Source of the DNA: Clostridia bacterium
Lineage (GTDB): Bacteria; Bacillota; Clostridia; Lachnospirales; JAKSVV01
Direction of reading: 5' to 3'
Assembly: GCA_024407775.1 (NCBI GenBank)
Contig: JAKSVV010000001.1
Coordinates: forward strand, 1 to 51,705
DNA: 51,705 nt
Below are positions 1 through 8,166 of this stretch, one piece after another. Made by a program: the position numbers and the translations under genes. The notes below the pieces were generated by a model, which was not told where the DNA came from, did not search any database, and saw only the letters and a list, made by a program, of their open reading frames with translations. Position 1 is the first letter of the stretch. Each line of letters begins with the position of its first letter.

Positions 1-433
1 GTGATTGCATACTTCCAAGTAATTTTGAAAGTAATGTTTCTCTTGAAGGGATTTTAGCAACTTCAAGGATTCCTTGTTTGTCGTAGTAAACTCCTTCAAC
101 AACTCCTGCTTTTAATTCAAGAGCTTCACAATCTTTAACGATGTCGTATAAATTTCTTGCAGCTGATGTTGGATCGTCATAGCTGAATGCTACAGCTGTA
201 GGTCCTTCTAAATCTTTTTTGATTTCATCAAATTTTGTTCCATCAACTGCGAATCTGATTGTTGTATTTTTGTATACTTTGTAATCAACATTGTTTTCTG
301 TTAAATGTTTTCTAAGTTGTGTTTCTTTTTCTGCATCGATTCCATTGTATTTTAATAATACCATTGAAACTGCTTTGTCAACTTTTTCTTTAATTTCTTC
401 TGCTACTGCTTTTTTGTTTTCTAAACTTGCCAT
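1..433 (-). CDS. rplJ: 50S ribosomal protein L10, C-terminus cut by the window edge
   Basis: ATG at 431-433 preceded by GGAGGTG. The translation MASLENKKAVAEEIKEKVDKAVSMVLLKYNGIDAEKETQLRKHL... is L10-like, and the gene sits in the conserved position downstream of rplK-rplA. Confidence 0.85.
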   Translation of the reverse strand, partial: MASLENKKAVAEEIKEKVDKAVSMVLLKYNGIDAEKETQLRKHLTENNVDYKVYKNTTIRFAVDGTKFDEIKKDLEGPTAVAFSYDDPTSAARNLYDIVKDCEALELKAGVVEGVYYDKQGILEVAKIPSRETLLSKLLGSMQS

Positions 434-606
434 TTTCGTTTCACCTCCCAATAAAAAAATTTTCTTTTAGCCATGCAATGGGCGAAAAGAAAATTTCTAA
501 TCCGTACATTGCCTCGACAGGATGCTTACGGTTTTTCACCCCCTGTTTTCTATGGCTCTATTAATAATTTAAAATTATTTTCAAATTCATGTTTGAATAC
601 TAAATA
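434..606 (-). promoter_or_regulatory. Candidate ribosomal protein L10 leader (autoregulatory structured 5' UTR)
   Basis: The 173-nt rplA-rplJ spacer is visibly GC-richer than other spacers. It has nested complementary arms (agccatag...ttgcatggct; ccgta...tacgg) followed by a U-rich tract just before the rplJ RBS. The position matches the known Firmicutes L10 leader, but no covariance model was run. Confidence 0.4.
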
Positions 607-1299
607 TTATCCAAGAACTGCTGGGTTTATAGAAACACCAGGTCCCATTGTAGCTGATAAACTTACGCTCTTAACGTATTGTCCTTTAGCTGCAGCTGGT
701 TTAGCTTTTAAGATAGCTCCCATAACTGTATCAAAGTTTTCCATTAATTTATCATCTTCGAATGAAACTTTACCAATCATTAAGTGAATGATATTGTTTT
801 TGTCTAATCTGTATTCTACTTTACCTGCTTTTGCATCCTTAACAGCTTGAGCTACATTTGGTGTAACTGTTCCTGTTTTAGGGTTTGGCATTAATCCTTT
901 AGGTCCTAGTAATCTACCAATACGTCCGATAGCAGCCATCATATCTGGTGATGCGATCATAACGTCAAAATCTAACCAGTTTTCTGTTTGGATTTTTTGA
1001 ATCATTTCTTCAGCTCCTACATAATCAGCTCCAGCTTCTTGTGCAGCTTTGAAGTTTCCTTCTTTAGTAATTACTAATACTCTAACTTTTTTACCTGTTC
1101 CATTAGGTAGTACTACAGCACCTCTAACTTGTTGGTCAGCTTGTCTTGAGTCAACACCTAATTTAACGTGTAGTTCTACAGAACCATCAAATTTTGTGTA
1201 TGATGATTTTTTAACTGTTTCAATTGCTTCTTTAACATCATATAGTTTTCCGTTTTCAACTAATTTAGAAGCTTCTTGATATTTTTTTCCTCTAAACAT
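607..1299 (-). CDS. rplA: 50S ribosomal protein L1
   Basis: ORF-track protein. I trimmed the start to [12 protein letters not shown] (ATG at 1297-1299), which follows AAGGAGGAAG. Typical L1 sequence and synteny. Confidence 0.95.
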   Translation of the reverse strand: MFRGKKYQEASKLVENGKLYDVKEAIETVKKSSYTKFDGSVELHVKLGVDSRQADQQVRGAVVLPNGTGKKVRVLVITKEGNFKAAQEAGADYVGAEEMIQKIQTENWLDFDVMIASPDMMAAIGRIGRLLGPKGLMPNPKTGTVTPNVAQAVKDAKAGKVEYRLDKNNIIHLMIGKVSFEDDKLMENFDTVMGAILKAKPAAAKGQYVKSVSLSATMGPGVSINPAVLG

Positions 1300-1459
1300 T
1301 TCTTCCTCCTTGTGGTATGGCGACAATTAAGTCTTCCACGTAATTTTTAAAATTGTTTGATTTATCTTGTTTTCGATTTTTAGATTTTAAATCTCTCGAT
1401 TATGATTTGTTTGTTTGTTTTGTTTTCTTAATTTAATTTTTATTACATATTAGATGTAA

Positions 1460-1885
1460 TTATTCTTCAACTGTTATTCCCATGCTTCTTGCAGTACCTG
1501 CAACCATGCTCATAGCAGCTTCGATTGAGTTAGCATTTAAATCGCTCATTTTTGTTTCTGCAATTTTCTTAACTTGATCTTTTGTTAATTTAGCAACTTT
1601 GTTTTTGTTTGGAACACCTGATCCAGATTTAACATTTGCTTCTTTTTTGATTAAGTTAGCAACTGGTGATACTTTAGTAATAAAATCGAATGATCTATCT
1701 TTGTATACAGTAATAACTACTGGTACAACCATTCCCATTTGATCTTTAGTAGCATCGTTGAATTGTTTACAGAAATCCATAATATTTACACCATTAGCAC
1801 CAAGTGCTGGTCCAACTGGTGGAGCTGGGTTAGCTTTACCTGCTTCAATTTGTAATTTGATCTTTGCTGTAATTTCTTTTGCCAT
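1460..1885 (-). CDS. rplK: 50S ribosomal protein L11
   Basis: [29 protein letters not shown]... is the canonical L11 N-terminus, with a GGAGGTG RBS. Confidence 0.95.
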   Translation of the reverse strand: MAKEITAKIKLQIEAGKANPAPPVGPALGANGVNIMDFCKQFNDATKDQMGMVVPVVITVYKDRSFDFITKVSPVANLIKKEANVKSGSGVPNKNKVAKLTKDQVKKIAETKMSDLNANSIEAAMSMVAGTARSMGITVEE

Positions 1886-1906
1886 TTATTTCACCTCCTA
1901 CCAAAT

Positions 1907-2467
1907 CTATAATTTTTCTACACTTGATAAATCTATTTCAACTGGAGTTTCTCTACCGAATGCTGTAAGAGTTACAACAACTGTTCTCTTATCTGCATTA
2001 ACTTTAGATACTTTACCAGTAGAATTCGCGAATGCTCCGTCAGTGATTCTAACATCATCACCAACTTCGTAATCAACATTAACTGTATATTTGTCAACAC
2101 CTAGTTCTAAGATTTCCTTTTCTGTTAAAGGTACTGGTTTAGATCCAGGTCCTACAAATCCTGTTACTCCACGGACATTTCTTACAATGAACCATGTGTA
2201 GTCATTCATAACCATTTTAACTAGAACATAGCTAGGGAATACCTTGCTAGTTACTTCTTTTCTTACACCAGATTTTGTAGTAGTCATTTCATTCATTTCA
2301 GGAACGATTACTTCTGGTATTAATTCTCTAATATTTCTTGTTTCGATGATATTGTCTAAAGTTGATTTAACTTTATTTTCATACCCAGAATAAGTGTGTA
2401 CTACGTACCATCTACATTCTTCATTTTTGATATCATCTAATGATATATCTTTAAATTCATCAGCCAT
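1907..2467 (-). CDS. nusG: Transcription termination/antitermination factor NusG
   Basis: NGN domain (WYVVHTYSGYENKV) and a C-terminal KOW motif (GDDVRITDGAFANSTGKV), in secE-nusG-rplK synteny. Confidence 0.95.
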   Translation of the reverse strand: MADEFKDISLDDIKNEECRWYVVHTYSGYENKVKSTLDNIIETRNIRELIPEVIVPEMNEMTTTKSGVRKEVTSKVFPSYVLVKMVMNDYTWFIVRNVRGVTGFVGPGSKPVPLTEKEILELGVDKYTVNVDYEVGDDVRITDGAFANSTGKVSKVNADKRTVVVTLTAFGRETPVEIDLSSVEKL

Positions 2468-2482
2468 TTTTCACCCCAAATT

Positions 2483-2668
2483 TTATAAATTTGCTAAAAA
2501 GTCGTGTAATCCATATTGATATAATGTATCTAATCCTAAGATTAGTAATGTTAATACAAATGATATAACTAATACTAAAGCTGTTTTCTTTGTAACATCT
2601 TCTTTAGTTGGCCATATAACTTGATTAAATTCTTTCTTTAAATTTCCAAAGAAGTTTTTTAGTTTCAT
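2483..2668 (-). CDS. secE: Preprotein translocase subunit SecE
   Basis: Start trimmed to MKLKNFFGNLKKEFNQVIWPTKEDV (ATG at 2666-2668 after AAGGAG). Single C-terminal TM helix, located between rpmG and nusG. Confidence 0.85.
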   Translation of the reverse strand: MKLKNFFGNLKKEFNQVIWPTKEDVTKKTALVLVISFVLTLLILGLDTLYQYGLHDFLANL

Positions 2669-2690
2669 GTTTTTACTCCTTAATATACTA

Positions 2691-2840
2691 TTATTTAGTT
2701 TCTTTGTGTGCTGTGTGTTTACCACAGAATTTACAATATTTATTCATTTCCATTCTGTCTGGATGTTTCTTTTTGTTTTTCTTTGTGTCATAGTTTCTTG
2801 ATTTGCATTCTGTACATTCTAAAGTAATTTTTTCTAACAT
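2691..2840 (-). CDS. rpmG: 50S ribosomal protein L33 (49 aa, below the ORF-track cutoff)
   Basis: Hand translation gives [49 protein letters not shown]. It has the CxxC...CxxC zinc ribbon typical of L33, and AAGGAGA precedes the ATG at 2838-2840. Confidence 0.9.
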   Translation of the reverse strand: MLEKITLECTECKSRNYDTKKNKKKHPDRMEMNKYCKFCGKHTAHKETK

Positions 2841-2909
2841 TTTTGTGTCTCCTTTTCCTTAAATTTTAGCAATAAAAAAGAGCGTCAAACACTCTCATAT
2901 TTAGTTGAT

Positions 2910-2938
2910 ATAATACCATAATACAAACAATAAGTCAA
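2910..2938 (-). promoter_or_regulatory. Sigma-A-type promoter for rpmG-secE-nusG
   Basis: The minus strand reads TTGACT, a 17-nt spacer, then TATTAT, about 70 nt upstream of rpmG. Confidence 0.4.
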
Positions 2939-3151
2939 TAGAAATTGCATATTTTTATATATTTTTTTACAATTCATTTTTCCCTTATATGCTAGCTTTG
3001 GGCTTTGGGGTCATATGATTATGTAAATAATTTTTGAAAACTTCCTTCTATTATATATACATTTATTATTTTTATGATCATTTTCAATCTAAATATTATT
3101 TATTATATATATTAATTAAATATAATTATAATCCAAATTAAAAGGCAAAAC

Positions 3152-3178
3152 ATTTGAAAAGGGGAGCAAAGCTCCCCT
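3152..3178 (-). terminator. Rho-independent terminator after the DUF4116 gene
   Basis: Stem aggggagc / gctcccct with a 3-nt loop, followed on the minus strand by a short U tract. Confidence 0.5.
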
Positions 3179-3184
3179 ATCAAA

Positions 3185-3730
3185 CTAATTTAAAAGGTTA
3201 AAAGAAAATCTATTTCTGACCTCGCTTGGAATCAAGAAAAAATTTTCCCAGCCTGCTTTTAATGCCATAAGGCAAATGTCCGGATAATCAATAAGCGCTC
3301 TTGGTGAGCAAAACTTAATGCTTGCTGGATTTTGCTTTACAGCCTCATATGGAATCTGTACATATTCATTCTGAAGTTCAAAAGGAACAAACTTAATAAA
3401 CATACCGTTTTCCGAAACAAGTCTTAATACATCAGTATAGTACTGACGAAGTACCTGGAATGGAATGTAACTAAGATATGATTCCTCGCGACCCTCACGA
3501 GCAGCATTGAATGTGCGGTTAAATACGTAATCAACCATCTTACGGTTATCCATCAAAAACTGGACTGAAAAGAGTTCAATGTTCTTAGGATCATCATTAA
3601 TAAGTGCCCATGCTTTATCAGGGTGCTTTCTGAAGACGTCCTTCTCCACATAACTCATTGCGCTGGCCTTCCAGCTTTCTTTACCGTCTATTACCTGGAT
3701 ATAATCCAAATATTTTTCTTTTTCACTCAT
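3185..3730 (-). CDS. DUF4116-like repeat protein (hypothetical)
   Basis: Start trimmed to MSEKEKYLDY (ATG at 3728-3730 after GGAGGA). The C-terminal half (VSENGMFIKFVPFELQNEYVQIPYEAVKQNPASIKFCSPRALIDYPDICLMALKAG) resembles DUF4116 repeats. The gene is visibly GC-richer than its neighbours. Confidence 0.55.
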   Translation of the reverse strand: MSEKEKYLDYIQVIDGKESWKASAMSYVEKDVFRKHPDKAWALINDDPKNIELFSVQFLMDNRKMVDYVFNRTFNAAREGREESYLSYIPFQVLRQYYTDVLRLVSENGMFIKFVPFELQNEYVQIPYEAVKQNPASIKFCSPRALIDYPDICLMALKAGWENFFLIPSEVRNRFSFNLLN

Positions 3731-3799
3731 GTTATCTATCCTCCGTTTATATAAAAAACAAGTGAAGGCAGAAAAATAAACTGCCAAAGTTATGAGGTG

Positions 3800-3829
3800 A
3801 TTTTATCACAAAATTACATATTTTGTCAA
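3800..3829 (-). promoter_or_regulatory. Sigma-A-type promoter of the DUF4116 gene
   Basis: The minus strand reads TTGACA, about 18 nt of spacer, then (TGtGA)TAAAAT. Confidence 0.45.
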
Positions 3830-3854
3830 TAAAATTTTTTATAAAAATTAACAC

Positions 3855-3885
3855 ATAAAAAAATGAGTATCATAGATACTCATTT
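3855..3885 (-). terminator. Rho-independent terminator ending the candidate sRNA
   Basis: 10-bp stem aatgagtatc / gatactcatt with a 3-nt loop, followed on the minus strand by a run of seven U. Confidence 0.6.
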
Positions 3886-4062
3886 ATACCGGCTCTATTC
3901 CAAAGTGAGGGATTTCAAACTCCCACATAGGATAGAGCCTTTTGCTATAAAGGAATTAAGGTGTGCTACTTTTAGCTGTGGCAATGAGGGAGATTTTACG
4001 AAATTTTTGCATGCAAATAAAACCAACCCCACATAACTCTTAAAAAGTTATTGTAATTACCA
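3855..4062 (-). ncRNA. Candidate stand-alone structured small RNA of about 200 nt, class unknown. The raiA-motif RNA is one hypothesis.
   Basis: The segment lies between the fliW terminator and the DUF4116 promoter. It has its own TATAAT (4069-4074, minus strand) and its own terminator. It is GC-richer than the flanking spacer and contains a long imperfect hairpin, ggctctat(t)cc...ggatagagcc (3892-3940). No convincing ORF on either strand. Confidence 0.3.
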
Positions 4063-4261
4063 TTTGAAATTATATCTGATATTTAACACATTTAATAAAC
4101 ATTTTGATCATATATTAAATATTAATTTCATTACCATACATATTCTATCTAATTTTCTTTTAAATTTCAAACATCTTTGTTATAATTATTTTCATAGTGA
4201 ACGGTACTTATAATAGATTTTTTGGTCAACATTATTATATAAGGTTCGCTATGTTTTTGCA

Positions 4262-4299
4262 TTAAAAAGGGAACCAAAACTTTACAGTTTTGGTTCCCT
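4262..4299 (-). terminator. Rho-independent terminator after fliW
   Basis: 12-bp stem gggaaccaaaac / gttttggttccc followed by a U-run on the minus strand. Confidence 0.7.
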
Positions 4300-4331
4300 C
4301 ATTTTGCGTTAGATCCTTTATACCTTAATTA

Positions 4332-4784
4332 TTATGCATACATTTGTACTAAATCTGCTAATTTGTGTCTAACAGTATAGTCAGCATTGTTTGCTATAAA
4401 TTGTCCACCCATATTTGTTTTTTCATTAATAACTACAGGTGCTTTTAAATTTACTGTTGCTTCTTTAGCGTTGTTTGGAATAACCATGATATTGAAAACA
4501 GAAATGTCTTTCATATCATCTTGTCCATGTACACCAATTGTAGCAAGTTCACTATCAGCTACATCTGGTTTATAATCAGGATAAAATACGTAAGGAACTG
4601 TTAATGCAAATGCTGTATCTGCTTCATCAACTGATTGTAACCAGCAGAATAATTCATTTTGATCTCTTTTTGATAGCATTACATAGTTCTTAGAATTTGG
4701 AAATCCAGGTATTCCTTCAGCAAATTTAATGATTTTGTTGTCTTCGATGTTTACTTCACCGAAATGTTTTGTGTTGATTTTCAT
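4332..4784 (-). CDS. fliW: Flagellar assembly factor FliW
   Basis: MKINTKHFGEVNIEDNKIIKFAEGIPGFPNSKNYVML... is the typical FliW family N-terminus, at about 150 aa. Confidence 0.9.
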   Translation of the reverse strand: MKINTKHFGEVNIEDNKIIKFAEGIPGFPNSKNYVMLSKRDQNELFCWLQSVDEADTAFALTVPYVFYPDYKPDVADSELATIGVHGQDDMKDISVFNIMVIPNNAKEATVNLKAPVVINEKTNMGGQFIANNADYTVRHKLADLVQMYA

Positions 4785-4883
4785 GATATTTCCCCCTCAA
4801 ATTAAAATTTTTACTAGAGGCAAACATACATTCCTTGTATAATGTTCAAGTATTTGAACATTCCTCATCGTACTTCCTGTACC

Positions 4884-4918
4884 TTATATATCGGACAGGA
4901 ATATTTTTTTCTTAAGGA
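4884..4918 (-). promoter_or_regulatory. Sigma-D (sigma-28)-like promoter upstream of fliW
   Basis: The minus strand reads TAAG-N15-TCCGATAT, against the B. subtilis sigma-D consensus TAAA-N15-GCCGATAT. Confidence 0.45.
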
Positions 4919-4943
4919 GTAAAATTAAAATATCTAGAAATTT

Positions 4944-5783
4944 TTAATCATTTTTATCATTTAAATTATTTTTTTCATTTTTAAGTTGATCACTTGATAC
5001 ACCAATTGTAAAGAAATATATGTTACGAACTTTAGTTTCAGATAATGCTTTTTTACATTCATTAATTGTAGCACCAGTTGTATAAACGTCATCAATAATT
5101 AAAACATCCATACCAAAAAGTTCATCTTCTTTTAATATCTCAAATGATCCTGCTATATTTTTTGCTCTATCTTTATTCGCTAGTTGTGATTGAGGTGCAG
5201 TATATCTCGTTCTGCCAATAACATCAGTCATATAAGGTAAGCCTGTTTTTTCATAAAATCTTTTAGCTATTAAATCAGACTGATTAAATCCTCTTTCTTT
5301 AAGTCTATCTTTGTGAATAGGCATTGGTATCATAAAATTAACATGATGATGTGATAAAAATTCTTTTAAATCATCACATGCAAGTTCACTAAGTGCAATT
5401 GCTATTTTTTTATCTTTGTTAAATTTTAATTTTTGAACTAAATATCTAACAACACCATCATAACGATATACGCTTTTTCCTATTTCTTTTTTTGTTACCT
5501 CATCATAAAAACTTTTATTAACTTTATATTGTTTATAAATTTCTATACAGTTATCGCAAACAAATGATTCATCAAAATTAACTTTAGTCTTACCACACAT
5601 ATAACATCGTGGTGGATAAAAGTCATCTATGATTTTCTTAAACAATCTTTTAAAACTAGAAGTTTTTTTGTATGAAAAAGAAGAAGATATATCTTCCACT
5701 ATAATAGTTTTATCTTCTTCAAATTTAAAGTCTCTTAATTTTTGTAATGTTTTAAAATCGTTTATAGAATCATTTGCTTTCAT
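4944..5783 (-). CDS. comFC: ComF family protein (ComFC-type phosphoribosyltransferase-fold competence protein)
   Basis: N-terminal zinc-finger cysteines (CYMCGK...CDNC) and a C-terminal PRTase motif (VLIIDDVYTTGATI). Start trimmed to MKANDS (GGTGA RBS). The ATG lies 1 nt after the recD2 stop. Confidence 0.85.
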   Translation of the reverse strand: MKANDSINDFKTLQKLRDFKFEEDKTIIVEDISSSFSYKKTSSFKRLFKKIIDDFYPPRCYMCGKTKVNFDESFVCDNCIEIYKQYKVNKSFYDEVTKKEIGKSVYRYDGVVRYLVQKLKFNKDKKIAIALSELACDDLKEFLSHHHVNFMIPMPIHKDRLKERGFNQSDLIAKRFYEKTGLPYMTDVIGRTRYTAPQSQLANKDRAKNIAGSFEILKEDELFGMDVLIIDDVYTTGATINECKKALSETKVRNIYFFTIGVSSDQLKNEKNNLNDKND

Positions 5784-5784
5784 A

Positions 5785-8103
5785 TTAATCACCATTATTA
5801 ATTTTAAATATCAATTGATCTTTTAAACTTGAATATCTTTTTTCATCTGTATCATTACGAACCATATCATAAATTGCATCTTTAGTTCCAACAAGAACTA
5901 TAAGTTCTTTAGCTCTAGTAATTCCTGTATAAAGTAAATTTCTATTAGCAAGTAATAATGGAATACTAAGAGTTGGAATAATAACAGCTTTATATTCTGA
6001 TCCTTGTGATTTATGAATAGTAATTGCATAAGCAAGTTCTAATTCATCAAGCATATTAGTTTCGTAAGTAACTTCTTTACCGTCATCAAATTTCACTTTG
6101 ATTTCATCTCTTAAATTATCAATTGAAATAATACGCCCAATATCACCATTAAACACACCTGTTCCTTTTTCACCAGTGACACCAAGATAAGAAATTTTTC
6201 TCCATTCTATTTCATAGTTGTTTTTAATTTGCATTACCTTGTCACCAGTTTTAAAAATCTTATTACCGTATTTAACTTCACCTTCATTTTTAAATAAAGT
6301 GTCGTTAGGATTTAATATCTTTTGTAATTTTTCATTTAAGTTAATTGTTCCAAGTGTACCTTTTTTCATCGGTGATAATATTTGAATATCACGAGATGCA
6401 CAATTTAGATATTTAGGTAATCTTTTATTAATTAAATCTATGATTGTTTTTTCTGCAACAATATCACTATTGGTATTAATAAAGAAAAAGTCTTTATCAT
6501 TTCCATTCAATATTGGCATTTTAGAATTTCTTATTAAGTGAGCATTACGTATAATGTTACTTTCTTCAGCTTGTCTAAAAACTTGAGTTAAGAAACATGT
6601 TTTAATTTTTTTAGAGTTAATTAAATCTTTTAAAACATTACCTGGTCCAACACTAGGTAATTGTTTTTCATCTCCCACTAAAATTAATTTAGTTCCAAGT
6701 TCAACTGCTTTTAGAAAACTATTAAATAATAAAATATCAACCATAGACATTTCATCTATAATAATTACATCAGTCTCTAATGGATTATCTTCATTACGAG
6801 CAAATTGTTGTGATTCATTTTCTATTGATACTGGTTGTACTTCTAGTAATCTATGAATTGTTGAAGCTTCTTTTTTAGTTGCTTCACTCATTCTATTTGC
6901 AGCACGACCAGTTGGAGCTACAAGAGTAACTCTCTTTTTGTTTAGTTCATAGTATTTAACTATAACATTAATAATTGTTGTTTTACCTGTTCCAGGTCCT
7001 CCAGTAATAATACTAACTTCAGATGCAAGAGAGTTAAGAACAGCTTCATATTGTTCATCAGAAAGATCAAGTTCAAGTTCTTTTAAAATACGATTAATTT
7101 CTCTTTCTTTTTTAACTAAATCTTTTTGTTTCTTTTCATATGTTTTCTTTTGTATCTTTGTTGCAAGTATAGTAGTATTGCCTAAGTCTTCATAATCATC
7201 AAGTGATAACATATCACGAATCTTATCTGAAACATTTTTTTCAGCATAGTAAAATTTCTTTAAGAAGATTCTATCTTCTCCATTGTCTTTTACTAAGTAT
7301 ACTTTCTTGTCTTTAATAAGTGCTTTTATACCTTCAATTATTTTTTCATCATCATATATTTCTAATATGTTTTTAGCATCTCTTATTAGTTCATCTTTAG
7401 GAAGATAACAATGTCCAACAAGTGATGCATTCTTTAAGGCATATCTAATTCCTTCTTCTATTCTTGAAATATTATCAAGTTTCATGTTACCACGAAGTGC
7501 TAACTTATCTGCGTATTTAAAATTAACATTGTCAATTTCATCAATAAGCTTATAAGGATCATTAACAATAATATGCATAGCTCTATCTTTATATTTTTCA
7601 TATATCTTTGTAGCCATGTTTATAGATATGTCATAATGTTGTGCTTCTAAAATAAAATTTCTCATAGAGTTTTTTTGTGTAAATTCATTGTGTAAGTTTT
7701 CTGCTTTTTCAAAAGTTATACCTCTAATAGAAGCAAGTTTTTCATAATCATTTTCTATGATATCAAAAGTTTCTTCTTTAAATTTTTCAACTATTTTTTC
7801 AGCAGTCTTTTCTCCTATGCCAAAAAATACTCCGCTAGATAAATATTTAATCATAGCACTTTTAGATTTAATATCTTCTTTTTCAATGCTTTCTACTTTA
7901 AGTTGCTTACCATAAATTTTATGTTCAGTGAATGTACCCATAACTTTAAGTTTTTCTCCGAGATAGACACCGTAACAAGTGCCAACACATGTAAGCATAT
8001 TTCCATCATCTAGTATTAGATCAAATATTGAGTAACCATTTTCTTCGTTGTAATAAACTATTTCATCTACTTCGCCTTTGTATTCATAAAGTTTTTGGTC
8101 CAT
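5785..8103 (-). CDS. recD2: ATP-dependent RecD-like DNA helicase (RecD2 type)
   Basis: Walker A ITGGPGTGKTT and Walker B IIIDEMSMVD, plus an SF1B C-terminal part (AITIHKSQGSE) and an N-terminal HhH-like region. Start trimmed to MDQKLYEY after GGGGGA. Confidence 0.9.
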   Translation of the reverse strand: MDQKLYEYKGEVDEIVYYNEENGYSIFDLILDDGNMLTCVGTCYGVYLGEKLKVMGTFTEHKIYGKQLKVESIEKEDIKSKSAMIKYLSSGVFFGIGEKTAEKIVEKFKEETFDIIENDYEKLASIRGITFEKAENLHNEFTQKNSMRNFILEAQHYDISINMATKIYEKYKDRAMHIIVNDPYKLIDEIDNVNFKYADKLALRGNMKLDNISRIEEGIRYALKNASLVGHCYLPKDELIRDAKNILEIYDDEKIIEGIKALIKDKKVYLVKDNGEDRIFLKKFYYAEKNVSDKIRDMLSLDDYEDLGNTTILATKIQKKTYEKKQKDLVKKEREINRILKELELDLSDEQYEAVLNSLASEVSIITGGPGTGKTTIINVIVKYYELNKKRVTLVAPTGRAANRMSEATKKEASTIHRLLEVQPVSIENESQQFARNEDNPLETDVIIIDEMSMVDILLFNSFLKAVELGTKLILVGDEKQLPSVGPGNVLKDLINSKKIKTCFLTQVFRQAEESNIIRNAHLIRNSKMPILNGNDKDFFFINTNSDIVAEKTIIDLINKRLPKYLNCASRDIQILSPMKKGTLGTINLNEKLQKILNPNDTLFKNEGEVKYGNKIFKTGDKVMQIKNNYEIEWRKISYLGVTGEKGTGVFNGDIGRIISIDNLRDEIKVKFDDGKEVTYETNMLDELELAYAITIHKSQGSEYKAVIIPTLSIPLLLANRNLLYTGITRAKELIVLVGTKDAIYDMVRNDTDEKRYSSLKDQLIFKINNGD

Positions 8104-8166
8104 ACATCCCCCTTTCATAAAATCTTTTCAATATAATAATTGTAGCATATAAAAACTTATAAACAA

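Noticed and set aside
473-787. 104-aa plus-strand ORF spanning the rplJ-rplA spacer and the 3' end of rplA.
   Set aside because: It is antisense to a highly conserved ribosomal gene and overlaps the structured leader region. It has no RBS and low-complexity content, so I read it as a shadow ORF.
1300-1459. 160-nt rplK-rplA spacer, considered as an L1-binding regulatory leader.
   Set aside because: The sequence is almost pure A/T with simple (caaa)n-like tracts and only one trivial hairpin. I could not see a structure mimicking the L1 rRNA site.
1049-2072. Plus-strand ORFs 1049-1279 and 1758-2072, opposite rplA, rplK and nusG.
   Set aside because: They are antisense shadows of strongly supported genes, with no RBS and no recognisable family.
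3863-4036. 57-codon plus-strand ORF (MSIIDTHLYRLYSKVRDFKLPHRIEPF...) opposite the candidate sRNA.
   Set aside because: It has no RBS and begins inside the terminator stem. It is rich in codons otherwise rare in this AT-rich genome (CGG, CTC, AGG, CCC). An RNA-level function on the minus strand explains the region better.
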